Shown here piece after piece: positions 1 to 8,400 of a DNA stretch of 64,000 bases. Under the pieces are notes generated by a model. It was given only the letters and a program-made list of their open reading frames with translations, made no database searches and was not told where the DNA came from. Source of the DNA: an uncultured virus (IMG/VR IMGVR_UViG_3300008107_000208) (Duplodnaviria > Heunggongvirae > Uroviricota > Caudoviricetes); the IMG/VR virus record IMGVR_UViG_3300008107_000208, positions 1-64,000 of that record; one strand, 5' to 3'. The first letter of the stretch is position 1; each line of letters begins with the position of its first letter. The position numbers and the translations under genes are program-made.

Positions 1-118
1 ACAATAATCTACCCACGAATGCCCGACTCCTTAATAAACATAAGGATGAAGAGATAGTCTGAACTTACTGGCGACAGTAAGAAGTAAAGAATAAAGAGTC
101 TTTACGATAACACATTTG
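1..118 (+). mobile_element. 3' part of a group I (IA-like) self-splicing intron in psbA; 5' end outside window
   Basis: J8/7-P7' motif GAAGAGATAGTCT (48-60), P9 hairpin CTTACTG-GCGA-CAGTAAG with GNRA loop, second hairpin GTAAAGA/TCTTTAC, terminal G118 immediately before in-frame D1 codons; layout resembles the T4 td intron 3' end. Confidence 0.85.
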
Positions 119-190
119 CACAATTTCCCACTTGATCTTGCTGCTGCCGAGTCAACTCCTGTTGCACTCACCGCACCTGCAATTGGTTGA
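119..190 (+). CDS. psbA: Photosystem II D1 protein, last exon ([23 protein letters not shown])
   Basis: Translation matches the D1 C-terminus including the CtpA-cleaved extension; sequence upstream of 119 does not encode the expected ...HERNA. Confidence 0.95.
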   Translation, partial: HNFPLDLAAAESTPVALTAPAIG

Positions 191-216
191 TATAAAACCA
201 AATATATGATATAATT

Positions 217-243
217 AAGGGACCCCAAAAGGGTCCTTTTTTT
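217..243 (+). terminator. Rho-independent terminator after psbA
   Basis: AAGGGACCC-caaaa-GGGTCCTTT hairpin followed by T run. Confidence 0.85.
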
Positions 244-250
244 ATAAATA
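243..250 (+). promoter_or_regulatory. T4-type late promoter TATAAATA for the endonuclease gene
   Basis: Exact T4 late consensus 26 nt upstream of ATG 277. Confidence 0.75.
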
Positions 251-276
251 GTTTTGGAAAGTTATGAGCAACCTTT

Positions 277-855
277 ATGGACCTCCACGAATTAGTAATA
301 TCTGAATGTGAAAGACGGGGTTTAGAACTTATCTACCTTCCTGAAAGACTTGTGCGTCGCTCAACCGATGTAGTGGTTAAATGCCCTTGCACAGGACAGA
401 GAAATATGAGTATAAGAAACTTTATTTTCACCTATGAAAAAGGTGGAGAAGCATTTTGTTGCAAAAGAAAATCAAAACTTGGTAAAAATAATCCAGCATT
501 TGGGAAACCAACTTGGAATGCTGGAACGGTTGGTATATCAAAAAGTTATGGATTTTTCGGTTTTAAGGAGGAATGGTCTGATAGAGAAGATTACTTATAT
601 TTTATTGAAACCATATACGGAACTTATAAAATAGGTAGGTCTTTTCACGGAATAAAATATCGCTTTACTGAAACTGTAAAAGAACTTGGCGAATGGAAAG
701 CGTCCCACAAAAAAGTATTTGAGTGTGAAAGATATATCTTGGATACTTATAAGCAGTATCAAAAAAAGATTGATGGTATAATAGGAGGGTCAGAGCATTT
801 TGTAAAAGAACTTCCAATACAAGAAATCATAGAATATGCTAATAGTTGTTTGTAA
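277..855 (+). CDS. Putative free-standing homing endonuclease (C-terminal GIY-YIG/T5orf172-like domain, N-terminal Cys and NUMOD-like motifs)
   Basis: YLYFIE...YKIGRS...R...E...GSEHF pattern; GKNNPAFGK motif; location between psbA and psbD. Confidence 0.65.
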   Translation: MDLHELVISECERRGLELIYLPERLVRRSTDVVVKCPCTGQRNMSIRNFIFTYEKGGEAFCCKRKSKLGKNNPAFGKPTWNAGTVGISKSYGFFGFKEEWSDREDYLYFIETIYGTYKIGRSFHGIKYRFTETVKELGEWKASHKKVFECERYILDTYKQYQKKIDGIIGGSEHFVKELPIQEIIEYANSCL

Positions 856-863
856 TAAAACTA

Positions 864-986
864 ATGTCTCATAATACCGAAAACGAACCTATGCCTAACT
901 GGGTCATCTGGGCAGGTGTAGGTATGATGATATTCACAGTTATTATTTTCGTTGCGTTCACTCTTAGCGTCATTTATTGGGGATGA
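864..986 (+). CDS. 40-aa single-pass membrane peptide (MSHNTENEPMPNWVIWAGVGMMIFTVIIFVAFTLSVIYWG)
   Basis: Hand-translated ORF below track cutoff; one long hydrophobic stretch; fills the gap before the psbD promoter. Confidence 0.6.
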   Translation: MSHNTENEPMPNWVIWAGVGMMIFTVIIFVAFTLSVIYWG

Positions 987-999
987 GCACAAACACCCA

Positions 1000-1028
1000 T
1001 TGACTTCTTTGTTAAGGAATGTTAAGAT
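1000..1028 (+). promoter_or_regulatory. sigma70-type promoter of psbD
   Basis: TTGACT-17 nt-TAAGAT, then AGGAGG RBS before ATG 1055. Confidence 0.75.
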
Positions 1029-1054
1029 AAATATGAGAAACGATACAGGAGGTT

Positions 1055-2116
1055 ATGACTTCTTCAACTCTTTCACCGCCCATTTCACAGAGAGGTTGGT
1101 TCGATGTCCTTGATGACTGGCTTAAACGCGATCGCTTCATATTTGTGGGTTGGTCTGGACTACTACTTTTTCCCACTGCTTATCTTGCCCTTGGTGGCTG
1201 GCTTACTGGCACGACGTTTGTTACAAGCTGGTACACCCACGGGTTGGCGTCTAGTTACCTTGAGGGCGCTAATTTCCTTACAGCTGCTGTGTCGTCGCCT
1301 GCAGATTCTATGGGTCATTCTCTTCTTTTACTTTGGGGTCCAGAGTCTCAGGGAGATATCGTCCGTTGGTTCCAACTTGGGGGACTCTGGACTTTTGTGG
1401 CGCTCCACGGAGCCTTTGCCCTTATAGGTTTCATGCTTCGCCAGTTTGAGATTGCTCGCCTGGTTGGTATCAGACCTTATAACGCAATCGCATTCTCAGG
1501 TCCTATTGCTGTGTTCGTCAGCGTATTCCTGATGTATCCTCTGGGTCAATCCAGTTGGTTCTTCGCACCTTCCTTTGGTGTTGCTGCTATCTTCAGGTTC
1601 CTTCTGTTCCTTCAGGGTTTCCACAATTGGACGCTAAACCCCTTCCATATGATGGGAGTTGCTGGTATACTAGGAGGAGCACTACTCTGTGCTATTCACG
1701 GTGCAACAGTTGAGAACACACTTTATGAAGACAGTGATCAATCAAATACTTTCAAAGCGTTTGAGCCTACCCAAGAAGAAGAAACTTATTCAATGGTTAC
1801 TGCCAACAGATTTTGGTCCCAGATCTTTGGTATTGCTTTTTCTAATAAACGTTGGCTGCATTTCTTTATGCTTTTTGTACCCGTTATGGGCCTTTGGACT
1901 TCTTCTATCGGCATCATTGGTCTTGCTCTTAACCTAAGAGCTTATGATTTTGTATCTCAGGAAGTTAGAGCGGCAGAAGATCCAGAGTTTGAAACTTTCT
2001 ACACGAAGAATATATTATTAAACGAGGGCTTGCGTGCTTGGATGGCTCCTGTGGATCAGATTCATGAAAATTTTGTATTTCCAGATGAGGTTCTCCCAAG
2101 AGGGAATGCTCTCTAA
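1055..2116 (+). CDS. psbD: Photosystem II D2 protein
   Basis: Full-length D2 ([16 protein letters not shown]...EVLPRGNAL). Confidence 0.99.
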   Translation: MTSSTLSPPISQRGWFDVLDDWLKRDRFIFVGWSGLLLFPTAYLALGGWLTGTTFVTSWYTHGLASSYLEGANFLTAAVSSPADSMGHSLLLLWGPESQGDIVRWFQLGGLWTFVALHGAFALIGFMLRQFEIARLVGIRPYNAIAFSGPIAVFVSVFLMYPLGQSSWFFAPSFGVAAIFRFLLFLQGFHNWTLNPFHMMGVAGILGGALLCAIHGATVENTLYEDSDQSNTFKAFEPTQEEETYSMVTANRFWSQIFGIAFSNKRWLHFFMLFVPVMGLWTSSIGIIGLALNLRAYDFVSQEVRAAEDPEFETFYTKNILLNEGLRAWMAPVDQIHENFVFPDEVLPRGNAL

Positions 2117-2132
2117 ATATGTCGTATAATAC

Positions 2133-2161
2133 AAGACCCCCCCTCAAAGGGGTCTTTTTTT
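2133..2161 (+). terminator. Rho-independent terminator after psbD
   Basis: AAGACCCC/GGGGTCTT stem plus T run. Confidence 0.8.
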
Positions 2162-2167
2162 AACTCT

Positions 2168-2422
2168 ATGAAGAAACAAAAAACACTCTGGCGTTTGTGG
2201 GCAAAAGCACTTGGCGAGAAGTCAGGTAAAAACGATAGAGAGTCTGATACTATTGCTATTATACGCACCCTTATTTTTATCACATACCTGATTACAAATA
2301 TCGCAATCGTAGCAAACGCAATAAGACACTGGAATGATAACAACGGAAACACCATACAAACTCGCAGAGATAATACGGGATACTTGGCCAAATCTTTACA
2401 GACCGCCAAAAAAGAAGTATAA
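2168..2422 (+). CDS. Hypothetical membrane protein
   Basis: ORF track; one hydrophobic segment. Confidence 0.6.
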   Translation: MKKQKTLWRLWAKALGEKSGKNDRESDTIAIIRTLIFITYLITNIAIVANAIRHWNDNNGNTIQTRRDNTGYLAKSLQTAKKEV

Positions 2423-2462
2423 TGAAGAGAGACTAGAAAAACCAGATGATCGGAAACCTTGA
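2334..2462 (+). CDS. Small hypothetical protein (MITTETPYKLAEIIRDTWPNLYRPP...)
   Basis: Hand-translated 42-aa ORF overlapping neighbours; resembles small cyanophage proteins I recall. Confidence 0.45.
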   Translation: MITTETPYKLAEIIRDTWPNLYRPPKKKYNEERLEKPDDRKP

Positions 2463-2727
2463 ACCTGAGGAAAATGTAATGAGAAGTGCTGATTGGGTAG
2501 AACATCTTAATAGTGCTCTTCAAAAATTGAAATGGACTGCTGATGATGATATTGCTGTTGAAATCGGTGGAGTTGCTTTCAGTGGTATTAAGCAAACCGA
2601 AAGTGCAAATCCAAAGTGGTCAAAACCATACGGAACAATTTCCTATCAGAATGATGCCTTCATTGTAATTAAAAATAAAAGTAGAAGTCCAGTAGTTCCT
2701 TCGCAACCTAATAATGAAAAAGTATAA
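2446..2727 (+). CDS. Hypothetical protein
   Basis: ORF track; packed with neighbours. Confidence 0.65.
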   Translation: MIGNLEPEENVMRSADWVEHLNSALQKLKWTADDDIAVEIGGVAFSGIKQTESANPKWSKPYGTISYQNDAFIVIKNKSRSPVVPSQPNNEKV

Positions 2728-3037
2728 TGACGAGCACTTTACAGTAAGAGAAAGAAGAACTCATAAAAAAATTTGTGACTGTGGTAGTTTTGAAGATGCA
2801 AGAATGATGATGAGTCTGGACGGACCAAATCGTGAGATTGTAAAAAACAAGGTGCTGATGGACCAGGTAATAGATATTGAAACTCCAAAGGCACTTCCAA
2901 CCAATGAGATTGTCGTCAATATGGATGGTGGTGTTGGTGGTTCTTGGAAGGAAATATATGAAGAATTTGATGATGCGTTTGGTGTTGAAAATCAAAAACA
3001 ATTAAACCAGAGCGATGCCAAAGTTTTCGTACCCTAA
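2714..3037 (+). CDS. Hypothetical protein
   Basis: ORF track; overlaps upstream stop. Confidence 0.65.
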   Translation: MKKYNDEHFTVRERRTHKKICDCGSFEDARMMMSLDGPNREIVKNKVLMDQVIDIETPKALPTNEIVVNMDGGVGGSWKEIYEEFDDAFGVENQKQLNQSDAKVFVP

Positions 3038-3164
3038 TGACCCAAAGGATTCCAAGTGTCCTTATTGTGGTGAGTCTGGTAAACTTTGCTCTCATGTAGA
3101 TAGTATGGCACGGGCATGGGCACGAGGAGCATGTAAGAGAATAAATATAGATAAGTCGCAGTAA
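3015..3164 (+). CDS. 49-aa putative Zn-binding peptide (CPYC...CSH...C)
   Basis: Hand-translated; fills the gap before the HNH gene. Confidence 0.5.
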   Translation: MPKFSYPNDPKDSKCPYCGESGKLCSHVDSMARAWARGACKRINIDKSQ

Positions 3165-3167
3165 TTT

Positions 3168-3539
3168 ATGGGACCTCTACACTCTCCAAAAGAATACTTG
3201 TTTAATCTATACACAACAAGTTCTGGAGAGGCAAAACGAATGTGGAAGAAACATATAAAAGAGCAATGGAATCATCAATGTGCTTATTGTGGATCAGGAG
3301 AAAATCTCACAATAGACCACATTGTTCCACAGTCCAAAGGTGGAATGGACTTCACAAAGAATGTAGTTTGCTGCTGTCACTCCTGTAATCAAGATAAGGG
3401 GTACGAGCATTGGAAACTGTGGTATGTTCAGCAAGAATTTTATAGTGAAGAAAGGATCAATAAAATAGAAGAGTGGATGAAACCAGATCCACCAGTAAAC
3501 CTATTTAAATATCGTCCGAGAAGAAATAATTTTTCTTAA
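3168..3539 (+). CDS. HNH endonuclease
   Basis: CAYCG...TIDHIVP..KGG....N...CCHSCN..KG motif. Confidence 0.9.
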   Translation: MGPLHSPKEYLFNLYTTSSGEAKRMWKKHIKEQWNHQCAYCGSGENLTIDHIVPQSKGGMDFTKNVVCCCHSCNQDKGYEHWKLWYVQQEFYSEERINKIEEWMKPDPPVNLFKYRPRRNNFS

Positions 3540-3591
3540 TAAATATAAGGAGCAGTATATACTGCTATTAAGGTAAATACCGAATCTAGTA

Positions 3592-4365
3592 ATGGCAGAT
3601 CCTAAGATTATAATTAGGCGTAGTGCTACGCCTGGTAAAGTTCCTACTGAAAGTCAGCTATCTCTTGGTGAGTTAGCTATTAACACATATGACGGTAAAC
3701 TTTATCTTGAGCAGGATCAGACATCAACAGGATTAGGTGTCACCGTAATAGCAGTTAATCCTTGGAGTGTTGGGATTGGCAGCACTGCATATAATACTTA
3801 TTTTACCTCAGGTAATGTCGGTCTTGGATTAACAAATCCAACACAAAGATTGGACATTGATGGGGGAATAAGAATTCGTGGTGCATTATATGATAGTAAT
3901 AATGTTGTAGGTGCTGCCGGATCAATCCTTACTTCAACTGGAATTGGAGTTAGTTGGACTACACCTTCTGCTGGTTCTGGTGGAAGTAGTGAATCCTATT
4001 GGTCATCTACCGTATTAGGAATACATACTCTTTCTAATGTTGGTATAGGAACTGAAATTCCAACATCAAAACTGACTGTTTCTGGTGATGTAAATGTAAG
4101 TGGAGTAGTAACAGCTAGTGCATTTGTCGGTGATGGATCTGGACTAACTGGGATTGTTGCTGTTGGGTCTGGTATTGCAATTCAAGATGAAGGAATACAA
4201 GTTGGATCTGCAAGTACGACTCTTAATTTTGTTGGAACTGGTGTTTCTGCGTTTATTGTAGGTAATATAACAGAAGTTGTTATAGATTTGCAAGGAAATC
4301 TTGATGGTGGATCGCCATCATCAAATTATGGTGGAATAGAAAATGTTAATGGAGGAGGCATTTAA
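3592..4365 (+). CDS. Virion fibre/adaptor protein
   Basis: N-terminal IIRRSATPGKVP...GELAINTYDGKLY fibre-attachment-type motif; GNVGIG repeats; AATAAATA late-like promoter at about 3538. Confidence 0.75.
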   Translation: MADPKIIIRRSATPGKVPTESQLSLGELAINTYDGKLYLEQDQTSTGLGVTVIAVNPWSVGIGSTAYNTYFTSGNVGLGLTNPTQRLDIDGGIRIRGALYDSNNVVGAAGSILTSTGIGVSWTTPSAGSGGSSESYWSSTVLGIHTLSNVGIGTEIPTSKLTVSGDVNVSGVVTASAFVGDGSGLTGIVAVGSGIAIQDEGIQVGSASTTLNFVGTGVSAFIVGNITEVVIDLQGNLDGGSPSSNYGGIENVNGGGI

Positions 4366-4370
4366 AAAAA

Positions 4371-5072
4371 ATGGCAACTAGAATTCAAATTAGAAGAGGA
4401 AGTTCTGCAGACTGGACAAATGCCAATCCAGTGCTTGCTGAAGGTGAGTTGGGTTTAGAATTAGATACTGGAAGAATTAAAGTTGGTTTAGGAACCACAT
4501 CATGGAATTATCTTGATTATCGGTACGGTACTGCATCTGCTGGATCTAATACTGAAGTTATTTTCAATGATAATTTAACTCTTGGAGCATCTTCTAACTT
4601 CACATTCGATAAAAACACTTCGGATCTTAAAATTGGTGGAGTCAGTGGAATAGGAATTAATACTAGCACTATTAAAATCAATGGAACAGATGTTCTTTCA
4701 TCAAATACACTTGGTTCTGGTATAGTTAATTCTTCACTTACATCTGTTGGTACTCTCAACCAGTTAAGTGTTTCTGGTATTGTAACCATAAGCACTTTAG
4801 ATGTAACAACTGGTACTATTGATTACTTATCTGGTACTAATGTTTCCTATAGTGGTATTGGTACTATTGAAGGGACTTTAAATGTTGGAGCAGCTGGGAC
4901 AGTTATTACCACATCTATTGGTGGTGAAGTTGGAATAAATTCCACTGTACCTACATATAAATTAGATGTTGGTGGAGATATAAATAGTTCGACAGATCTT
5001 AAAATTGATGGAATTAGTGTTCTTACCACAGCAAGTAATGATGCACTTGCACTTGCAATCGCACTAGGATAA
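4371..5072 (+). CDS. Fibre protein with major-tropism-determinant N-terminal (Mtd_N-like) domain
   Basis: RIQIRRG...WT.ANPVLAEGELGLELDTGRIKVG; ends ALAIALG. Confidence 0.8.
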   Translation: MATRIQIRRGSSADWTNANPVLAEGELGLELDTGRIKVGLGTTSWNYLDYRYGTASAGSNTEVIFNDNLTLGASSNFTFDKNTSDLKIGGVSGIGINTSTIKINGTDVLSSNTLGSGIVNSSLTSVGTLNQLSVSGIVTISTLDVTTGTIDYLSGTNVSYSGIGTIEGTLNVGAAGTVITTSIGGEVGINSTVPTYKLDVGGDINSSTDLKIDGISVLTTASNDALALAIALG

Positions 5073-5077
5073 TAAAA

Positions 5078-5407
5078 ATGGCAAATTTATTTAAAAGTTA
5101 TACTAAAGCAAATGTAGGAACTGCTGCAAGTGATATTTACACTGTTCCCGGCGCGACTACATCCGTAATTGTGGGACTGTGTTTGGTAAACACAGTAGAA
5201 TATCCTATAAATGCTAATGTTCTTGTAGACAAGGCAGGTGCTTCTGATACAGTTTATCTTGCTAAAAGTTTAGAACTTTCAGATGGATCTCTTTATGAGT
5301 TTAATGGTGGCAATAAAATCATTTTAGAGACCGGTGATAAATTGCAGGTATTTTCCAATATATCTTCCAGTATTGATGTAATGTTGAGTATTCTAGAACA
5401 AACTTAG
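5078..5407 (+). CDS. Small beta-rich virion connector-like protein
   Basis: IYTVP...IILETGDKLQV pattern; similar to N-half of 48123-48782. Confidence 0.7.
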   Translation: MANLFKSYTKANVGTAASDIYTVPGATTSVIVGLCLVNTVEYPINANVLVDKAGASDTVYLAKSLELSDGSLYEFNGGNKIILETGDKLQVFSNISSSIDVMLSILEQT

Positions 5408-5418
5408 GGGTAAGATAG

Positions 5419-8400
5419 ATGGCATATTTCGGTAAGAAACCAGAAAGACTTCGTGGTAAGGTTTACGATTATAATAATCAGGTTGGAGTAGCTGGATCCG
5501 TTTTAGTTTCTACAGGATCTTCTGTAGAATGGACATCTAGTAGTAGTGTTGTATCGCTAGGAATAGGAACAAATAGAAATGCTGAATTTCAGCAAGTTAA
5601 TGTTTCAGGAGTAACCACTTCAGCAGGTGGTTTTGTAGGTAATTTAACTGGAACTGCAACAACAGCAACAAATCTTTCTGATGCTGCAAATATTACTACT
5701 GGAACTATTAATGCCTCTAGATTATCTGGATCTTATGATATTGATATAAGTGGCAATGCTGCAACTGCAGATTATGCTGATGTATCGGGTATTTCTACAT
5801 ATTCCACATCAGCAGGTATAGCAACTTATGCAACTACTGCGGGTATTGCAACAGCACTTCAGAACTCAAGAACATTTGAAATTACAGGAGACGTTGTTGC
5901 ATCAGCGATCAGTTTTGATGGAACTGGAAATGTTTCATTAGCGGCAACTATTCAACCAAATTCAGTTGGATTGGGAACCGATACGACTGGAGATTATGTA
6001 AGAGATATTACAGGAACTGCAAATCAAATTACCATAACTGGTGGCACTGGTGAAGGTTCGACACCAACATTAAGTATTCCAAATCAATTCACAGTACCAC
6101 AGGATATAGAAGTTACAAGAGATCTTCAAGTCAATCGTAATTTAAATGTTAACGGAAACATTACTATTGGTGGAACAACAGCGACATTACTTACAAGTGA
6201 ATTAAAAATTTATGATCCAGATATTGTTCTTGGTTTTAGAACTGATGCATTTGGTAATGATGCTTCTAATGATAATACTGCAAATCATGGTGGTATTGCT
6301 GTTGCATCAACTGAAGGTTCTCCACTAGTTAATCTTTTTATTGCTGGTATTGAAACTACGCCTACCACATATAAAAAGATTATGTGGTTCAAGGCGGGTG
6401 AATTTTCTGGACTTGGAACTGATGCTTGGTTATCAAACTATGCCGTTGGTATTGGTTCTACGCAAGTTCCTAATGGTGTTAGACTTGCTGCTGGAGCAGT
6501 CCAATTTACTGAAAGAGATTTAATTTCTGTTAGAAATATTAATTCATCCGGTATTATTACTTCGGATAGTGGGATTAGTGTATCTAATGGCGGGATTAAT
6601 ATAACAGGTGTCTCTACATTTGTTGATAGTGTTAAATTTAATTCAACTTTAAAAGATTATTTTGGTAATGTTGGTGCAGCTTCTTCTGTTTTAATTTCAA
6701 CGGGGTCTGGAATTAAATGGGAATCAATTGAAACTGCGGCTTTACAAGGTGCTGAAGGTGCTCAAGGAACTACAGGTGCTGAAGGTGCTCAAGGTGCTGT
6801 AGGGGATCAAGGTGCTCAAGGTGCTCAAGGATCTACAGGTGCTCAAGGTGCTCAAGGATCTACAGGTGCTGAAGGTGCTCAAGGAACCGCTGGTGCTCAA
6901 GGAACCGCTGGTGCTCAAGGAACCGCTGGTGCTCAAGGAACCGCTGGTGCTCAAGGATCTACAGGTGCTGAAGGTGCTCAAGGTGCTGTAGGGGATCAAG
7001 GTGCTCAAGGTGCTCAAGGAACCGCTGGTGCTCAAGGAACTACAGGTGCTGAAGGTGCTCAAGGTGCTCAAGGATCTACAGGTGCTCAAGGTGCTCAAGG
7101 ATCTACAGGTGCTCAAGGTGCTCAAGGATCTACAGGTGCTCAAGGTGCTCAAGGATCTACAGGTGCTGAAGGTGCTCAAGGTGCTGTAGGGGATCAAGGT
7201 GCTCAAGGATCTACAGGTGCTCAAGGTGCTCAAGGAACCGCTGGTGCTCAAGGTGCTGAAGGTGCTCAAGGTGCTCAAGGAACCGCTGGTGCTCAAGGTG
7301 CTGAAGGTGCTCAAGGTTCCACAGGTGCTACTGGTGCTCAAGGAGTTCAGGGTGCTGATGGAAACTTTGGTGGTGCTACCTTCGACTATACATTTTCTAC
7401 AAATACTACCGATAGCGACCCAGGAACAGGAACTCTGAAGTTTAGTGAGTCTCCTTTCTCTGGAGCACTAAACCTTTATATTGATTATACTGACGACAAT
7501 GGAACTGATATTCAGTCGTTCTTGAGAACTATTGATGACTCTACCTCTACTATTAAGGGTCACTTTAGAATTTCAAACCGACTTGATGCCTCAGACTTTG
7601 CTCTGTTTACTATTTCTTCAGTAACAGAGAACACTGGATATTTTGATGTAAGTTCTTCATACGTTTCAGGAAGTGCTACATCATTCTCCAATGGTGAAGA
7701 CGTTATTATTACTTTTGCTAGAACTGGTGATAAGGGTGATACTGGAGCACAAGGAACCGCTGGTGCTCAAGGTTCCACAGGTGCTACTGGTGCTCAAGGT
7801 CCTCAAGGAACCGCTGGTGCTGAAGGTGCTCAAGGTGCTCAAGGAACCGCTGGTGCTGAAGGTGCTCAAGGTGCTCAAGGAACCGCTGGTGCTGAAGGTG
7901 CTCAAGGAACCGCTGGTGCTCAAGGTGCTGTAGGGGATCAAGGTGCTCAAGGAACCGCTGGTGCTCAAGGAACCGCTGGTGCTCAAGGAACCGCTGGTGC
8001 TCAAGGTCCTCAAGGAACCGCTGGTGCTGAAGGTGCTCAAGGTGCTCAAGGCGCCACTGGATCTGGTGCTCAAGGTGCTGATGGAGCACAAGGTTCAATA
8101 GGTGCCACCGGTGCTCAAGGTTCTACTGGTGTCACTGGTGCTCAAGGTTCTACTGGTGCTCAAGGTTCCACAGGTGTCACTGGAGCACAAGGTAATGCTG
8201 GTGCCCAAGGTTCCACAGGTGCTACCGGTGCACAAGGTTCTATAGGTGCTCAAGGTTCCACAGGTTCCACAGGTGCTCAAGGTGCTGATGGAGCACAAGG
8301 TTCCACAGGTGCCACTGGAGCACAAGGTTCCACAGGTGTCACTGGAGCACAAGGTAATGCTGGTGCCCAAGGTTCTACTGGTTCTATAGGTGCTCAAGGT

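Noticed and set aside
31..228. Minus-strand 65-aa ORF
   Set aside because: Antisense to the intron and psbA exon
1104..2595. Alternative-frame and antisense ORFs over psbD and downstream genes
   Set aside because: Overlap well-supported plus-strand genes
4371..5072. Complete DGR suggested by the Mtd_N-like domain
   Set aside because: Mtd_N is a structural module; no RT, Avd or TR/VR pair is visible in the window
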